Assembly (NCBI GenBank): GCA_965216565.1
Contig: OZ244170.1
Location: 160,001-224,000, forward strand
DNA length: 64,000 nucleotides
From: Bythopirellula sp.
GTDB taxonomy: Bacteria; Planctomycetota; Planctomycetia; Pirellulales; Lacipirellulaceae
Direction: 5' to 3'
The translations under genes and the position numbers were made by a program. Below the pieces are notes generated by a model that worked only from the letters and a program-made list of their open reading frames with translations, was not told the origin of the DNA and did not search any database. Of this stretch, positions 27,304-37,641 are shown in pieces; the stretch's first letter is position 1; each line of letters opens with the position of its first letter.

Positions 27304-30300
27304 ATGTTTCCAGAAATCGATAAGAACCAATCCTTCCCCGATCGCGAATTGGCGATCACTGATTTCTGGAAACAGCACGACATCTACCAACAGTCTCTCG
27401 AAGCGCGAGAAGGTGCACCGTCATTCGTCTTCTACGAAGGCCCGCCCACGGCCAACGGCATGCCTCACCCAGGACATTGCTTGACGCGGGCTATCAAAGA
27501 TCTCTTCCCACGATACCGCACGATGCGGGGTTACCGCTGCGAGCGCAAAGCGGGTTGGGACACCCACGGTTTGCCGGTGGAAGTGGAAGTTTGCAAAGAG
27601 TTGGGGATCCATTCGAAGGAAGAGATCGAAGCCTATGGCGTCGAGCCATTTATCAAGAAATGTCAGCAGAGCGTGTGGCGGTATATCGGAGAGTGGCAGA
27701 AACTAACCGATCGCATGGGTTTCTGGGTGAACATGGACGAAGCCTACGTCACCTACCACCAAAGTTATGTGGAAAGCGTCTGGTGGTCGCTCAAGCAGTT
27801 GTTCGATCGCGGACTGCTCTACCAGGGACACAAGATCGTTTGGTGGTGGGCCCAGGGCGGCACGGCACTTTCTAGCGGCGAAGTGGGCCAAGGCTACCGC
27901 GAAGTGGCTGATCCTAGCGTGTATGTGAAATTTCCGCTTCTGGATGACGAAGGCAACACCACAGATACCTCGCTGCTGGTTTGGACAACCACTCCGTGGA
28001 CGTTGCCGTCGAACCAGTTCGCCGCGGTTCATCCTGAGCTGGAATACTCCGTCGTCTTAGATGAGCAAGATGGCACAACGGAGCGATTGATTGTTGCTTC
28101 GGACTTGGTGGAGAGCATTGCCGACAAGATAAAGCGTGAGCTAAAAGTTGAGTCAACCTGCCAGGGGACTAAGCTCATTGGCAAGCGTTACGTGCCTCCA
28201 TTTGAATGTTTCTATCAGTCAGGATCATCGAGTGAATGGCAAGTTGTTTCCGCAGACTTTGTAACCACCGATAGTGGATCAGGCGTTGTGCATCAGGCTC
28301 CCGCCTTTGGTGAAGTCGACTATGAGGTATTGGTCAATCAACAAGCTTCTGCTAAGCCGGGCGAAGCACCTGGGTTAATCAATGCCGTCGACCCCAACGG
28401 CAAGTTCACCGACGAGGGTCCCGACTATTGCCAGGGCCGGTGGGTCAAGGATTGCGACAAGGATATCATCCGCGATTTGAAAGAGCGCGGGCTGCTGTTC
28501 CATCGCGAGCAGTACTTGCACGATTATCCCTTCTGTTGGCGGGCGGACGAAGATCCGTTGATCCAGTATCCCCGTGAAAGTTGGTTCATTCGCACCACCG
28601 AGTACAAAGACCAGATGCTCGCCAACAATGCCAAGATCAATTGGCTGCCGGAGCATATCAAGACCGGGCGTTTCGGAAAATTTCTGGAATCAAACGTCGA
28701 TTGGGCCCTGTCCCGTGAGCGTTACTGGGGCACGCCGCTGCCGATTTGGGTCTGTCCAGAATGCAACCATCAGACAGCCGTCGGCAGTTATGAAGAACTG
28801 CTCGCCCAACCGGGAATTCGTGGTACCGAAACGTGGCAGAAAGCGAAAGAGGAGAACCCCGAGCTGCCCGACGACCTGCAAGTCCACAAGCCCTACATCG
28901 ATGCCGTGGAGTTTGAGTGCCAATGTGGCAATGCCACCATGCAGCGTGTACCCGAGGTGATCGACTGCTGGTACGACAGCGGAGCAATGCCGTTTGCCCA
29001 ATGGGGTTACCGTGGTCAACCAGACGGCGTAGCTCGCGAGAAGTTTGAATCGCAGTTTCCTGCTGACTTCATCAGCGAAGCCCTCGACCAAACCCGCGGC
29101 TGGTTTTACAGCCAGGTGGCGATTAGCACGTTGCTGTTTGGTGGTGAGCAAAGTGCCCAGAGCACAGAGTCTGAAGACGGAACGTCTGCTGCTTCTGACT
29201 CTTCGCTCGATGCGCCCTACCCCCATCCCTTCCGCAACTGCATCGTCCTCGGGCTCATGCTTGGTGAAGACGGTCAGAAGATGTCAAAGAGCAAGCGGAA
29301 CTACCGCACGCCTGACGAAATTCTCGATGCATACGGTGCCGATGCTTTGCGGTGGTACTTCTTTGCCAACCAACCGCCGTGGACGTCGATTCGATATAGT
29401 GAACAGTCGATTAAAGATAGTGTTCCCGAATTCCTGCTGCGGCTGTGGAATGTTTACAGCTTCTTCACGATCTACGCTAATATCGACGGGTTTGAACCTG
29501 CGGCTGGTAGTGAGGGGGCAGGCGATAGCGCTTCAATTTTGGAGATCTGTACTGCTGCAAAAACGAATCGACCGTTGGAGGAACGTAGCGAGCTGGATCG
29601 GTGGATTTTAGGTGAGCTGAATTCCACCTGTGCGACGGTTGTGCGTTGCATGGATGAATACGACAACTACGGGGCGTGCCAGTCGATTACCGCCTTTGTC
29701 GATGCCCTTTCGAATTGGTACGTCCGCCGCAGCCGCGATCGATTTTGGGCCGCGGACAAACAAGATCCGAACAAACTCGACGCCTACTGGACGCTTTACG
29801 AGTGTCTGCTGACCACCACGCAAATGGTTGCCCCTTTTGTGCCGTTCCTGGCCGAGGGACTTTGGCAAAACCTGGCGGTGGCGATCTTCGGTGAACGCGT
29901 TCCCAAGAGTGTGCATCTGTGCGACTTCCCGACTGGCGATGCCGAAGCCGTCGACGAAGCCCTCTCGGAGCGCATGACTCTCGTGCGGCATATTTCGTCA
30001 TTGGGTCGTCAAGCTCGCAACGACGCGCAGCTCAAAGTGCGGCAACCGCTGGCCGAGGTGATCGTTGTGCTGGCAGACCAGACGCATCAGCAGTGGCTGG
30101 AAGAACATGCCGCGGTGATCGCCGATGAATTGAATGTGAAGCAGTTGGTGTTCAGCGACGAACCGGAAAAGTATGTTCAGCACGAGGTTTTGCCGAATTT
30201 CAAACTGCTCGGCCCGCGGCTTGGGAAACTCATGGGCAAGATTAAGCCGGCGCTGGCCAAGCATAGCGGCTCAGAACTGCTGGCCAATATCCGCGACAAC

Positions 30301-30711
30301 GGTTTGATCAACCTCACCGTTGAGGGCCAGGAGGTAGCACTCAACGAGGAAGAAGTCGAAATTCGTTTGCAGGCACGCGATGGCTGGACAGCGGCCAATG
30401 CCCATGGGGTGGTGGCCATTTTGGCAACGGAATTAACCGACGATTTAATTGCAGAAGGCCTGGCCCGCGATCTGGTCCGGATAATTCAAGATGCCCGCAA
30501 AGAAGAAGATTGTCAGTTCACCGATCGCATCGAAGTCGGAATTGACACCGATTCGAAGGACGTGCAGCAGGCAGTCGACAAGTTTAATGGCTACATAGCA
30601 AAAGAAACCCTGGCGGATTCTGTGACACTTCAAGAGATCGACGGAGTGGAGCCAACGGAAGCAAAAGTCGGCGGCTTCGATGTCGCCACCTACGTTCAGG
30701 TGAAATCGTGA
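27304..30711 (+). CDS. ileS: Isoleucine--tRNA ligase (type 2)
   Basis: [54 protein letters not shown]; IleRS2-type C-terminus ([15 protein letters not shown]). Confidence 0.97.
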   Translation: MFPEIDKNQSFPDRELAITDFWKQHDIYQQSLEAREGAPSFVFYEGPPTANGMPHPGHCLTRAIKDLFPRYRTMRGYRCERKAGWDTHGLPVEVEVCKELGIHSKEEIEAYGVEPFIKKCQQSVWRYIGEWQKLTDRMGFWVNMDEAYVTYHQSYVESVWWSLKQLFDRGLLYQGHKIVWWWAQGGTALSSGEVGQGYREVADPSVYVKFPLLDDEGNTTDTSLLVWTTTPWTLPSNQFAAVHPELEYSVVLDEQDGTTERLIVASDLVESIADKIKRELKVESTCQGTKLIGKRYVPPFECFYQSGSSSEWQVVSADFVTTDSGSGVVHQAPAFGEVDYEVLVNQQASAKPGEAPGLINAVDPNGKFTDEGPDYCQGRWVKDCDKDIIRDLKERGLLFHREQYLHDYPFCWRADEDPLIQYPRESWFIRTTEYKDQMLANNAKINWLPEHIKTGRFGKFLESNVDWALSRERYWGTPLPIWVCPECNHQTAVGSYEELLAQPGIRGTETWQKAKEENPELPDDLQVHKPYIDAVEFECQCGNATMQRVPEVIDCWYDSGAMPFAQWGYRGQPDGVAREKFESQFPADFISEALDQTRGWFYSQVAISTLLFGGEQSAQSTESEDGTSAASDSSLDAPYPHPFRNCIVLGLMLGEDGQKMSKSKRNYRTPDEILDAYGADALRWYFFANQPPWTSIRYSEQSIKDSVPEFLLRLWNVYSFFTIYANIDGFEPAAGSEGAGDSASILEICTAAKTNRPLEERSELDRWILGELNSTCATVVRCMDEYDNYGACQSITAFVDALSNWYVRRSRDRFWAADKQDPNKLDAYWTLYECLLTTTQMVAPFVPFLAEGLWQNLAVAIFGERVPKSVHLCDFPTGDAEAVDEALSERMTLVRHISSLGRQARNDAQLKVRQPLAEVIVVLADQTHQQWLEEHAAVIADELNVKQLVFSDEPEKYVQHEVLPNFKLLGPRLGKLMGKIKPALAKHSGSELLANIRDNGLINLTVEGQEVALNEEEVEIRLQARDGWTAANAHGVVAILATELTDDLIAEGLARDLVRIIQDARKEEDCQFTDRIEVGIDTDSKDVQQAVDKFNGYIAKETLADSVTLQEIDGVEPTEAKVGGFDVATYVQVKS

Positions 30712-31358
30712 GCCGTGCGCAGATCACTCCCCTTCGCCTAGCCGTGTTGATCTCGGGTGGCGGTCGGACGCTGCAAAACTTTATTGAGCTGGCCGATTCT
30801 GGCGGCTTGCCAATTGATATCCAGTTGGTCGTTTCCAGTTCTCCCAAGGCCGGCGGGTTGAAGTTTGCAGCGGATGCGGGAATAGCGACTGAGATTGTGT
30901 CGCGAGGCGATTTCGACTCCGACCAGTCTTACGGCCAGGCGGTGTTTTCAGCCTGTCGCCGGGCCGAAGTCGATTACGTGGCGATGGCGGGCTTCTTGAA
31001 GCTGGCGCCGGTGCCGGACGATTTCCAAGGACGCGTACTGAATATTCATCCTTCGTTGATTCCTGCTTTCTGTGGTAAGGGGATGTATGGCAATCGAGTT
31101 CACCAAGCGGTGCTCGACTATGGCGCGAAGCTGACGGGGTGTACTGTTCACTTTGTCGATAATGAGTATGACGAAGGGCCGATCATCTGGCAGCAGCCGG
31201 TACCCGTGTTCGACGACGATACAGCCGACACCATTGCCAGCCGAGTCTTTGAAGTTGAAAAAGAGGCCTACCCCCACGTTTTGAAGTTGTTGGCGGCGGG
31301 AAAGATCGAAATCGAGGGACGCCGCGTTTCAATTTCTAGCCGCAGTCGCTCTGTCTAG
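30708..31358 (+). CDS. purN: Phosphoribosylglycinamide formyltransferase
   Basis: [34 protein letters not shown] overlap with ileS. Confidence 0.96.
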   Translation: MSRAQITPLRLAVLISGGGRTLQNFIELADSGGLPIDIQLVVSSSPKAGGLKFAADAGIATEIVSRGDFDSDQSYGQAVFSACRRAEVDYVAMAGFLKLAPVPDDFQGRVLNIHPSLIPAFCGKGMYGNRVHQAVLDYGAKLTGCTVHFVDNEYDEGPIIWQQPVPVFDDDTADTIASRVFEVEKEAYPHVLKLLAAGKIEIEGRRVSISSRSRSV

Positions 31359-31416
31359 AAAAACAGCGAGAAAAATAGCGAGAAAAATAGCCAGAAAAAC
31401 AGCGAGAAAAACAGCG
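31357..31416 (+). repeat. 12-bp tandem repeat x5 (AGAAAAAYAGCS)
   Basis: agaaaaacagcg agaaaaatagcg agaaaaatagcc agaaaaacagcg agaaaaacagcg, running from the purN stop to the next RBS. Confidence 0.92.
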
Positions 31417-31428
31417 AGGACTAGAACT

Positions 31429-32172
31429 ATGAGCGACCAGCAAGACAATCTGCTCGACGTCATTGCCGTTGGAGCCCATCCGGACGACGTGGAAATTGCT
31501 TGCGGGGGGACTTTGGCTAGTTTGTCGAGGCAAGGTTACCGTGTGGGAATTGTCGACTTGACCGATGGCGAACCGACACCCCGTACTTCTGGTCCCGAAG
31601 AGCGCTTGGCCGAGGCACAGGCGGCAGCCAATACCCTCGGTGTGACGAAGCGTATCACACTCGACTTGCCCAATCGCAAGTTGTTCGATTCCTATGAAGC
31701 CCGAGTGAAACTTGCGACCGAGTTTCGCCGCTATCGTCCGCAATTAGTCTTGGGCCTGGGGGAGAAAACGCCGCTCGCTTCCCCCGATCATTGGCAAGCG
31801 ATGCAGATTACTGATGCTGCGGTCTTCTACTCTCGTTTAACCAAGTGGGACGACGATTTTGCGGGACTTCCCCCGCACACAATTGCCGCTCAGCTTTATT
31901 ACACGCTGGCATTCAATAGCATCGAGTCAATTGCAACCCCCGGACAAGTTGTGGTCGATATATCCAATACTTTGGAGGCGAAGGTAGCTTCCGTTCGCTG
32001 TTATGCTTCGCAGTTTCCTCCCGAGAAGGAGTACATCTATCAACGGATCGAAACGCTGGCCTACCGGCTAGGCCCCGCCGCTGGGTTTGCTGCGGGTGAG
32101 ATGTTTTTTAGCCCCCGACCCCTGGGTACACACGACCTGCTCGCCGCTGCGTTAGGCGAGCGGCGAGCATAG
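31429..32172 (+). CDS. PIG-L/LmbE family deacetylase (BshB1-like)
   Basis: GAHPDDVE, DLTDGE, R..EA, SPDH, CYASQF. Confidence 0.88.
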   Translation: MSDQQDNLLDVIAVGAHPDDVEIACGGTLASLSRQGYRVGIVDLTDGEPTPRTSGPEERLAEAQAAANTLGVTKRITLDLPNRKLFDSYEARVKLATEFRRYRPQLVLGLGEKTPLASPDHWQAMQITDAAVFYSRLTKWDDDFAGLPPHTIAAQLYYTLAFNSIESIATPGQVVVDISNTLEAKVASVRCYASQFPPEKEYIYQRIETLAYRLGPAAGFAAGEMFFSPRPLGTHDLLAAALGERRA

Positions 32173-32196
32173 GCGTGAACGTCTTGCTTCTTTGAC

Positions 32197-32622
32197 TTAC
32201 TTGGCTAGCGAGTCTCGGATCTCGCGTAGCAATGCAATTTCTTCCGGCGGAGCCTTGGGAGCTTCCTCTTCTTCTTTTTCAAATCGCTCTTTCGCTTTGT
32301 TCATGGCCTTGATCGCCATAAAGATAGCGAAGGCGACGATGACAAAATCGATTGTGCTTTGCAGGAAAGGTCCCCAACTTAAATAAGGTCCAGCCGCTTC
32401 TTTGGCCGCTTCGAGTGTGGCTGGCTTGTCTCCCTCACCCAGCCATAAGAATCGATCCCCAAAGTCCACGCCGCCGGTGAAATACCCAACCACTGGCATG
32501 ATAATGTCGCTAACCATCGAAGAAACAATCTTGCCGAAGGCACCTCCGATGATGATACCCACCGCCATATCGACCACATTGCCCTTCATGGCAAATTCTT
32601 TGAACTCTTTGAGCATACCCAT
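32197..32622 (-). CDS. mscL: Large-conductance mechanosensitive channel
   Basis: [39 protein letters not shown]. Confidence 0.97.
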   Translation of the reverse strand: MGMLKEFKEFAMKGNVVDMAVGIIIGGAFGKIVSSMVSDIIMPVVGYFTGGVDFGDRFLWLGEGDKPATLEAAKEAAGPYLSWGPFLQSTIDFVIVAFAIFMAIKAMNKAKERFEKEEEEAPKAPPEEIALLREIRDSLAK

Positions 32623-32735
32623 GGTACAAACCCTCTACTAAAAAATAGAAATGAAAGAAAAGTGAAACGTATGAGTGGTGGGAAGCTAAGGAATGATTGA
32701 GACGATGTCGTTCCCGCCACGAATTGCCATACGTT

Positions 32736-33779
32736 CTATCCTGATTTGCTCGATTGCTGCAATAGCAGTAGTAGCCGTTGCATATCAGGGGGAGGCTCTG
32801 CCGAGAATTCCATCCGATCGCCCGTTAGTGGATGGGCAAAGCTCAATCGATGAGCATGCAGGGCTTGCCGGTCGAGAAGTAGGCTGTCCTCGGCGAGTTC
32901 TTCTGCCAGATTGTTTAGACGTGTTATCTGTCGCAACTCTCCCACGCTGAGTTGCGCTCGGCCTGAGTAGAGACGATCACAAAGGACGGGTGCGCCAATG
33001 TGTAGAAGGTGCAATCGTATTTGATGGGTGCGCCCTGTTTTGGGTTTTGCCAGGACCAACGCGAACCCACGATATCGCTCCTGCACTTCGTAAAAAGTTT
33101 CGGCTTCTCGGCTAGTCGAGTGGCCAGCACGAATCGCCATCTTCTCCCGTTGTGAAGGGTGGGCACCAATAGGCTGGTGGATGCGATCGCGATCGCGATC
33201 GGGACAACCGCTCACAATCGCCAAGTATTCTTTGCTGACGTCTCGATTCTTGAACTGGGCGGCCAAATTCTCGTGGACCGCATCCGTCTTAGCCACCACG
33301 ATCACACCGCTCGTGTCGCGGTCGAGTCGATGGACGATGCCGGGCCGCGAGGGTCCGCCGTGCTCGCTGAGTTGGTCGAAGTGGTGGACCAGAGCGCTCG
33401 CCAACGTGCCCGACCAATGGCCTTTGGCCGGATGAACGACCATGCCGGCTGGCTTGTCGACAATGGCAATCGCTTCGTCCTCATAGAGGATTGTTAGGTC
33501 GATTGGCTCAGGCTCGGGACCGGCGGCTGGAGGAGGCGGAAGACGAAATTCGACGCGTTGACCCGCAGAGACGCGGAAGCTGGCTTTGCGAATAGTCCCA
33601 TCAACTACGGCATTACGGGAATCGATGCCTCGTTTCACTCGCACACGGCTCACATCCGGCAGGCAGTCGGACAGAAAAACGTCGAGACGCTTATTCGATT
33701 GATGGTCGGCAACTTCGAATTGCAGGGGATCGTTTTCCGCTTTCGCATCACCGGAGTTTCCAGCGTCACCCGAACTCAT
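32736..33779 (-). CDS. rluD: 23S rRNA pseudouridine synthase RluD-like (S4 + catalytic)
   Basis: RLDVFL S4 domain, DKPAGMVVHP, RPGIVHRLDRDTSG, TGRTHQIR, QALHA. Confidence 0.85.
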   Translation of the reverse strand: MSSGDAGNSGDAKAENDPLQFEVADHQSNKRLDVFLSDCLPDVSRVRVKRGIDSRNAVVDGTIRKASFRVSAGQRVEFRLPPPPAAGPEPEPIDLTILYEDEAIAIVDKPAGMVVHPAKGHWSGTLASALVHHFDQLSEHGGPSRPGIVHRLDRDTSGVIVVAKTDAVHENLAAQFKNRDVSKEYLAIVSGCPDRDRDRIHQPIGAHPSQREKMAIRAGHSTSREAETFYEVQERYRGFALVLAKPKTGRTHQIRLHLLHIGAPVLCDRLYSGRAQLSVGELRQITRLNNLAEELAEDSLLLDRQALHAHRLSFAHPLTGDRMEFSAEPPPDMQRLLLLLQQSSKSG

Positions 33780-34684
33780 TATTCAGCGTTTTCCGCTTCC
33801 TGTTCAGCATCCGATTCAGCGTCAGCGTCAGCTTTCTCTGCCGAGTCGTTGCCAGCTTCGGAGTCTGCAGACTCTTCCGATTCGAAGATTTCGTCGACTT
33901 TGGATTCCGGACTATCACCACCTTCTTCAGCGTCACGATCACCATATCGCTTATCGGAGCTGTCGCCGCCAAACCCTAGGATTTCATCCAACGAGCGCGA
34001 ATTGAAGCCGCCGCTTTCGGGAACATCCACATCAAACATCGGTTTGTTGCCCGTGGCCCCGGCACCCGCTGATTTGGGCAAATCAGCACTGGCAAGCCAG
34101 GCTAAAGCTTCTTGGACATCCGGCTTCAGCAAATTATCTGAACGTTCTTGGGCAATCATCGCAAAGTCGCCTTCGACTTTGTCATAAGACTTGCGAGCGT
34201 CATCTAGCCGATTCTGCATTTCGTATACGCGTCCCAGGCCAAAGCGAGCGCGATTCACGACCTCCGGATCGGTTGCCCCTTTGGCAAGTTCTTCGTAGAT
34301 GGCAGCTACGTTGGCCAGCCGTTCCTGGGCGGACGCGCGGTCTCGCAGATATTGAAACGTTGCCAACGCAGTTTGGCGATCGGCCCAAGTGACGTGTGCC
34401 CACTCCTGCATGACGGTGCCCTGATGTTCCTCATTCAGGGCAACGCGTTGGAGATTGACCATCTCCTGGTCGGAACTGCTAAACGCCAGAAAATAGTCGG
34501 TCCAAGCTGAGGCTTCTTTCGACTCGGCGGCATTTCCCCAAAGAGAGATGAGTATGAAAACGCCTGTGATGACCAAAGCGGCACCAAAGAGTTGGCCGGA
34601 GAAGGGCTTCACCTTCTCAATACCCTCGGCTGTGTAGCGGGCCAATTCGTTGGTTTCCAAATCGTGGCGACGTTCGGTCTTCAT
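33779..34684 (-). CDS. Membrane-anchored TPR-like protein (YfgM-like architecture)
   Basis: MKTERRHDLETNEL, single TM, TPR-like ARFGLGRVYE..AR..Y, acidic tail. TAATG overlap with rluD. Confidence 0.65.
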   Translation of the reverse strand: MKTERRHDLETNELARYTAEGIEKVKPFSGQLFGAALVITGVFILISLWGNAAESKEASAWTDYFLAFSSSDQEMVNLQRVALNEEHQGTVMQEWAHVTWADRQTALATFQYLRDRASAQERLANVAAIYEELAKGATDPEVVNRARFGLGRVYEMQNRLDDARKSYDKVEGDFAMIAQERSDNLLKPDVQEALAWLASADLPKSAGAGATGNKPMFDVDVPESGGFNSRSLDEILGFGGDSSDKRYGDRDAEEGGDSPESKVDEIFESEESADSEAGNDSAEKADADAESDAEQEAENAE

Positions 34685-35012
34685 ATGTATCTTTCTAGAT
34701 TCAAGCGATCCACTCGTGATAAATCACAATTCAAGATAAGAGCAGAATATTCGCGGCCTATTACCAAGCCGGTTCCCGAAGTGTAAATCTAGCACAGGCT
34801 TATCGTCAAGATAGACCCAGACGCTACCTGGGAATCGCTATTTTCAGGGGGAATCGGAATCGCCGAAAGCCCTGAGCTCGGGTTTCGCTGTCAAGTCCTT
34901 CACGGCTGAGATGCCTCAGTCTACGATCAACGCACGTCCAAAAACCACGTCTCGAAAGCCACCTTCAGAAAAGACCCACCATCCCCGGGCATGCCTTCCC
35001 GCCGTTCTCGCC

Positions 35013-36992
35013 ATGATCGACAAACTCAATCCGCCGCAACGCGATGCCGTACTTACCCTGGAAGGGCCTCTGTTGGTCCTAGCTGCTGCGGGCACGGGAA
35101 AAACGCGAGTGGTAACGCACCGGATTGCGGAATTGATTCGCCGGGGAACACCGCCCGATCGCATTCTGGCTGTCACCTTCACGCGAAAGGCCGCCCAGGA
35201 GATGCAGCAGCGTGCCGGGGCATTGCTCAAGTCGGGAAAAAAACGGGGCCAAGCGGGACCTCGGCCACAGATTTCTACCTTTCATTCTCTATGCGTGAAG
35301 ATCTTGCGTCGGCATATTGCGAAGCTCGATTACCCTCCGCAATTTGCAATCTGCGATCGGGGCGACCAAGAATCTCAAGCTCGCAGTGCGTTGCGAGAAA
35401 TTCGTTGTCCCGATCAATCGTTGAGGCCTGGTGACTTTCTGGCGATTGTTTCTCAGTGGAAAACACGAGCGCTCGATCCCGCGCGGGCGGCGTCGGTTGC
35501 CGAGACAGATAAGGAACACCTCGCTGCGGCTGCGTATCGGAGATATCAAAGTAGCTTGAAAGCCAAGGGAATGGTCGACTTTGATGACCTTCTACTCTTG
35601 GTGCAACGTCTATTCGCCAAATCGCCGGCAGTGCGGCGGGAGGAAGCGGCACGTTTCGACCAGGTGCTCATCGATGAGTATCAGGACACCAATCAAAGCC
35701 AATACCAGATCGTTAAAGGAATGGCGATGGGCCATCGCAACTTGTGCGTGGTGGGTGACGACGACCAATCGATTTATGGTTGGCGAGGAGCGGAGATTAC
35801 GCACATCCTGAGCTTCCAGAAGGACTGGCCGGATGCCAAAGTTGTTCGTCTCGAGGCCAATTATCGTAGCACTGCCGCGATTCTGAATTACGCCAATACC
35901 CTGATCGCATTCAATCGCCATCGGCACGACAAAGTGTTGCGTCCTGCACGAGCGGGGGGCCAACGACCGCGAGTTTTGCAGTTGCAAGACGAAACTGAAG
36001 AGGCACGGAAGGTTGTGGTCGACATTCAAACCCGCATGACGCGTCCTGGCGTTTCGGCCCGAGAATTTGCCATCCTCTGCCGTACCAATGAGCAACCGCG
36101 AAGCTTCGAGGCTGAGCTCCGTCGCGTGAACCTGCCCTATGTGCTGATCGGTGGGATGAGTTTTTTCGACCGTAAAGAAGTCCGGGATCTGCTTTCTTAT
36201 TTGAAGGTGATTGACAATCCCCACGACGAGTCGGCATTGCTGCGGATTATCAATACGCCTGCACGGGGAATTGGCAATTCATCAGTAAAACAATTAGTTT
36301 CCGCCGCGACCTCCAAGGGTGGGCATGTCTGGGATTTGATCACCAACAATAGTGCGCAGGGAATCGTATCGCCTGCGGCAACAAAGTCGCTGAATAAGTT
36401 CGCCCATTTGATGATGCAGCTTCGCCAGCGTGCGGAGAAGTTGGCTTTAGGCGATTTAGCGTCTCAGGTAATTGAAAGTGTTGGCTATCGTCGTGAGCTC
36501 GAGCGAATGTATCCCGACGCAAACGATCTGGCTGCGCGAACAGCCTCCTTGGAAGAAATTGTCAACGCCGCGAGCAACTATGAGCAGCATTCGCAAGAAC
36601 CGTCTTTAAGGGGGTTTCTCGATGACATCGCTTTGGGTGGACAAGACAGCAATGAAGACAAGGAGAGCCAACTGCAGGGGAATGCCATTGCGTTGATGAC
36701 GATGCACTCGGCGAAAGGCTTGGAGTTTCCGTATGTCTACATGCCGGGAATGGAGGAGGGAATCTTACCTCACAAGCGCTCAGTCGAAGCCGAGGGGGAT
36801 GCCATCGATGAAGAACGTCGGCTTTGTTATGTCGGGGTCACGCGTGCCCAGGAAGAGCTAACACTTTCGTTTGCCCTCACGCGTCGCAAATGGGGAAAGC
36901 CGCGGGAAACGGTTCCCAGCCGCTTTCTTTATGAGATGACAGGTCAGGCAGAGAATGCGCGGAAGATGCAGAGAACTCGCGGTGCGAAGTGA
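35013..36992 (+). CDS. UvrD/PcrA/Rep family SF1 DNA helicase
   Basis: Start moved to ATG 35013 (MIDKLNPPQ). AAAGTGKT, VTFT, DEYQD, VGDDDQSIYGWRGA, NYRS, TMHSAKGLEF, EERRLCYVGVTRA. Confidence 0.95.
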   Translation: MIDKLNPPQRDAVLTLEGPLLVLAAAGTGKTRVVTHRIAELIRRGTPPDRILAVTFTRKAAQEMQQRAGALLKSGKKRGQAGPRPQISTFHSLCVKILRRHIAKLDYPPQFAICDRGDQESQARSALREIRCPDQSLRPGDFLAIVSQWKTRALDPARAASVAETDKEHLAAAAYRRYQSSLKAKGMVDFDDLLLLVQRLFAKSPAVRREEAARFDQVLIDEYQDTNQSQYQIVKGMAMGHRNLCVVGDDDQSIYGWRGAEITHILSFQKDWPDAKVVRLEANYRSTAAILNYANTLIAFNRHRHDKVLRPARAGGQRPRVLQLQDETEEARKVVVDIQTRMTRPGVSAREFAILCRTNEQPRSFEAELRRVNLPYVLIGGMSFFDRKEVRDLLSYLKVIDNPHDESALLRIINTPARGIGNSSVKQLVSAATSKGGHVWDLITNNSAQGIVSPAATKSLNKFAHLMMQLRQRAEKLALGDLASQVIESVGYRRELERMYPDANDLAARTASLEEIVNAASNYEQHSQEPSLRGFLDDIALGGQDSNEDKESQLQGNAIALMTMHSAKGLEFPYVYMPGMEEGILPHKRSVEAEGDAIDEERRLCYVGVTRAQEELTLSFALTRRKWGKPRETVPSRFLYEMTGQAENARKMQRTRGAK

Positions 36993-36993
36993 A

Positions 36994-37070
36994 CCGTGTG
37001 TTGCGTGGCAACACGGCTAAGCGAAACACTCTCTAGGACATACCCAGCCGTGTTGCCACGCAACACACGG
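36994..37070. repeat. REP doublet (left): 25-bp REPs at 36994-37018 and 37046-37070, inverted
   Basis: ccgtgtgttgcgtggcaacacggct and its exact reverse complement, 27-bp spacer. Confidence 0.93.
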
Positions 37071-37550
37071 CTAGAGATAGATCCCCTTCTCTTCAGCGTA
37101 CTTCCACCCACTATGCGACGGTAGATAGTCAAAGACGAGATGATCGTAGTGCGAACGGTTTAGAACTTGCTTCGAGTGTCCGCCACGTGAAAACCATCTG
37201 CGTTTCCGTTGTCGATTCAAGCATTGGCTCATCGAACGACGCATCGATCGGCAGAGTCGTTTCCAAGGTCGCTTGTCCAACCAACTCGCCAGTACATGAA
37301 TGTGCGTTTTGTCCGACGCCACAGAATGTAGTCGATACCGAATAGGCAGTGCCGACTTCATTAGTTCCTCGATAATTGCGCGTTGCTGAGTTTCTCCCAA
37401 TTGTACCGTCGAATCTCTCTGTTCCTTTCGATAGCATAATGCCAACCTTGGGCTGCTTGGTTGCAAACCTCGGGACCAGTGAACATAGCCCTGTGGGCGA
37501 TCGGGAAGCCAGCTTCCGTAGGTGTGCCACGTGAAAAGATAGCAGGGCAT
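37071..37550 (-). mobile_element. REP-associated tyrosine transposase (RAYT, IS200/Y1 HUH family)
   Basis: YLFTWHTYGSWLP, HUH motif THIHVL, WFSRGG, DY (candidate catalytic Tyr); 159 aa; GGAG RBS; REP doublets on both sides. Confidence 0.85.
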
Positions 37551-37567
37551 TGTTTTTCTCCCGAGTG

Positions 37568-37639
37568 CCGTGTGTTGCGTGGCAACACGGCTGGTGACTG
37601 TAGTTTAATTCAATAGCCGTGTTGCCACGCAACACACGG
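37568..37639. repeat. REP doublet (right): 25-bp REPs at 37568-37592 and 37615-37639, inverted
   Basis: Same 25-mer as the left doublet, 22-bp spacer. Confidence 0.93.
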
Positions 37640-37641
37640 CC

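Noticed and set aside
37129..37635. 168-aa minus-strand ORF overlapping the transposase
   Set aside because: Alternative frame starting inside a REP; no motifs.
36994..37639. Four identical 25-bp repeats with 22-27 bp spacers as a CRISPR array
   Set aside because: Repeats alternate in orientation and flank a transposase; no cas genes.
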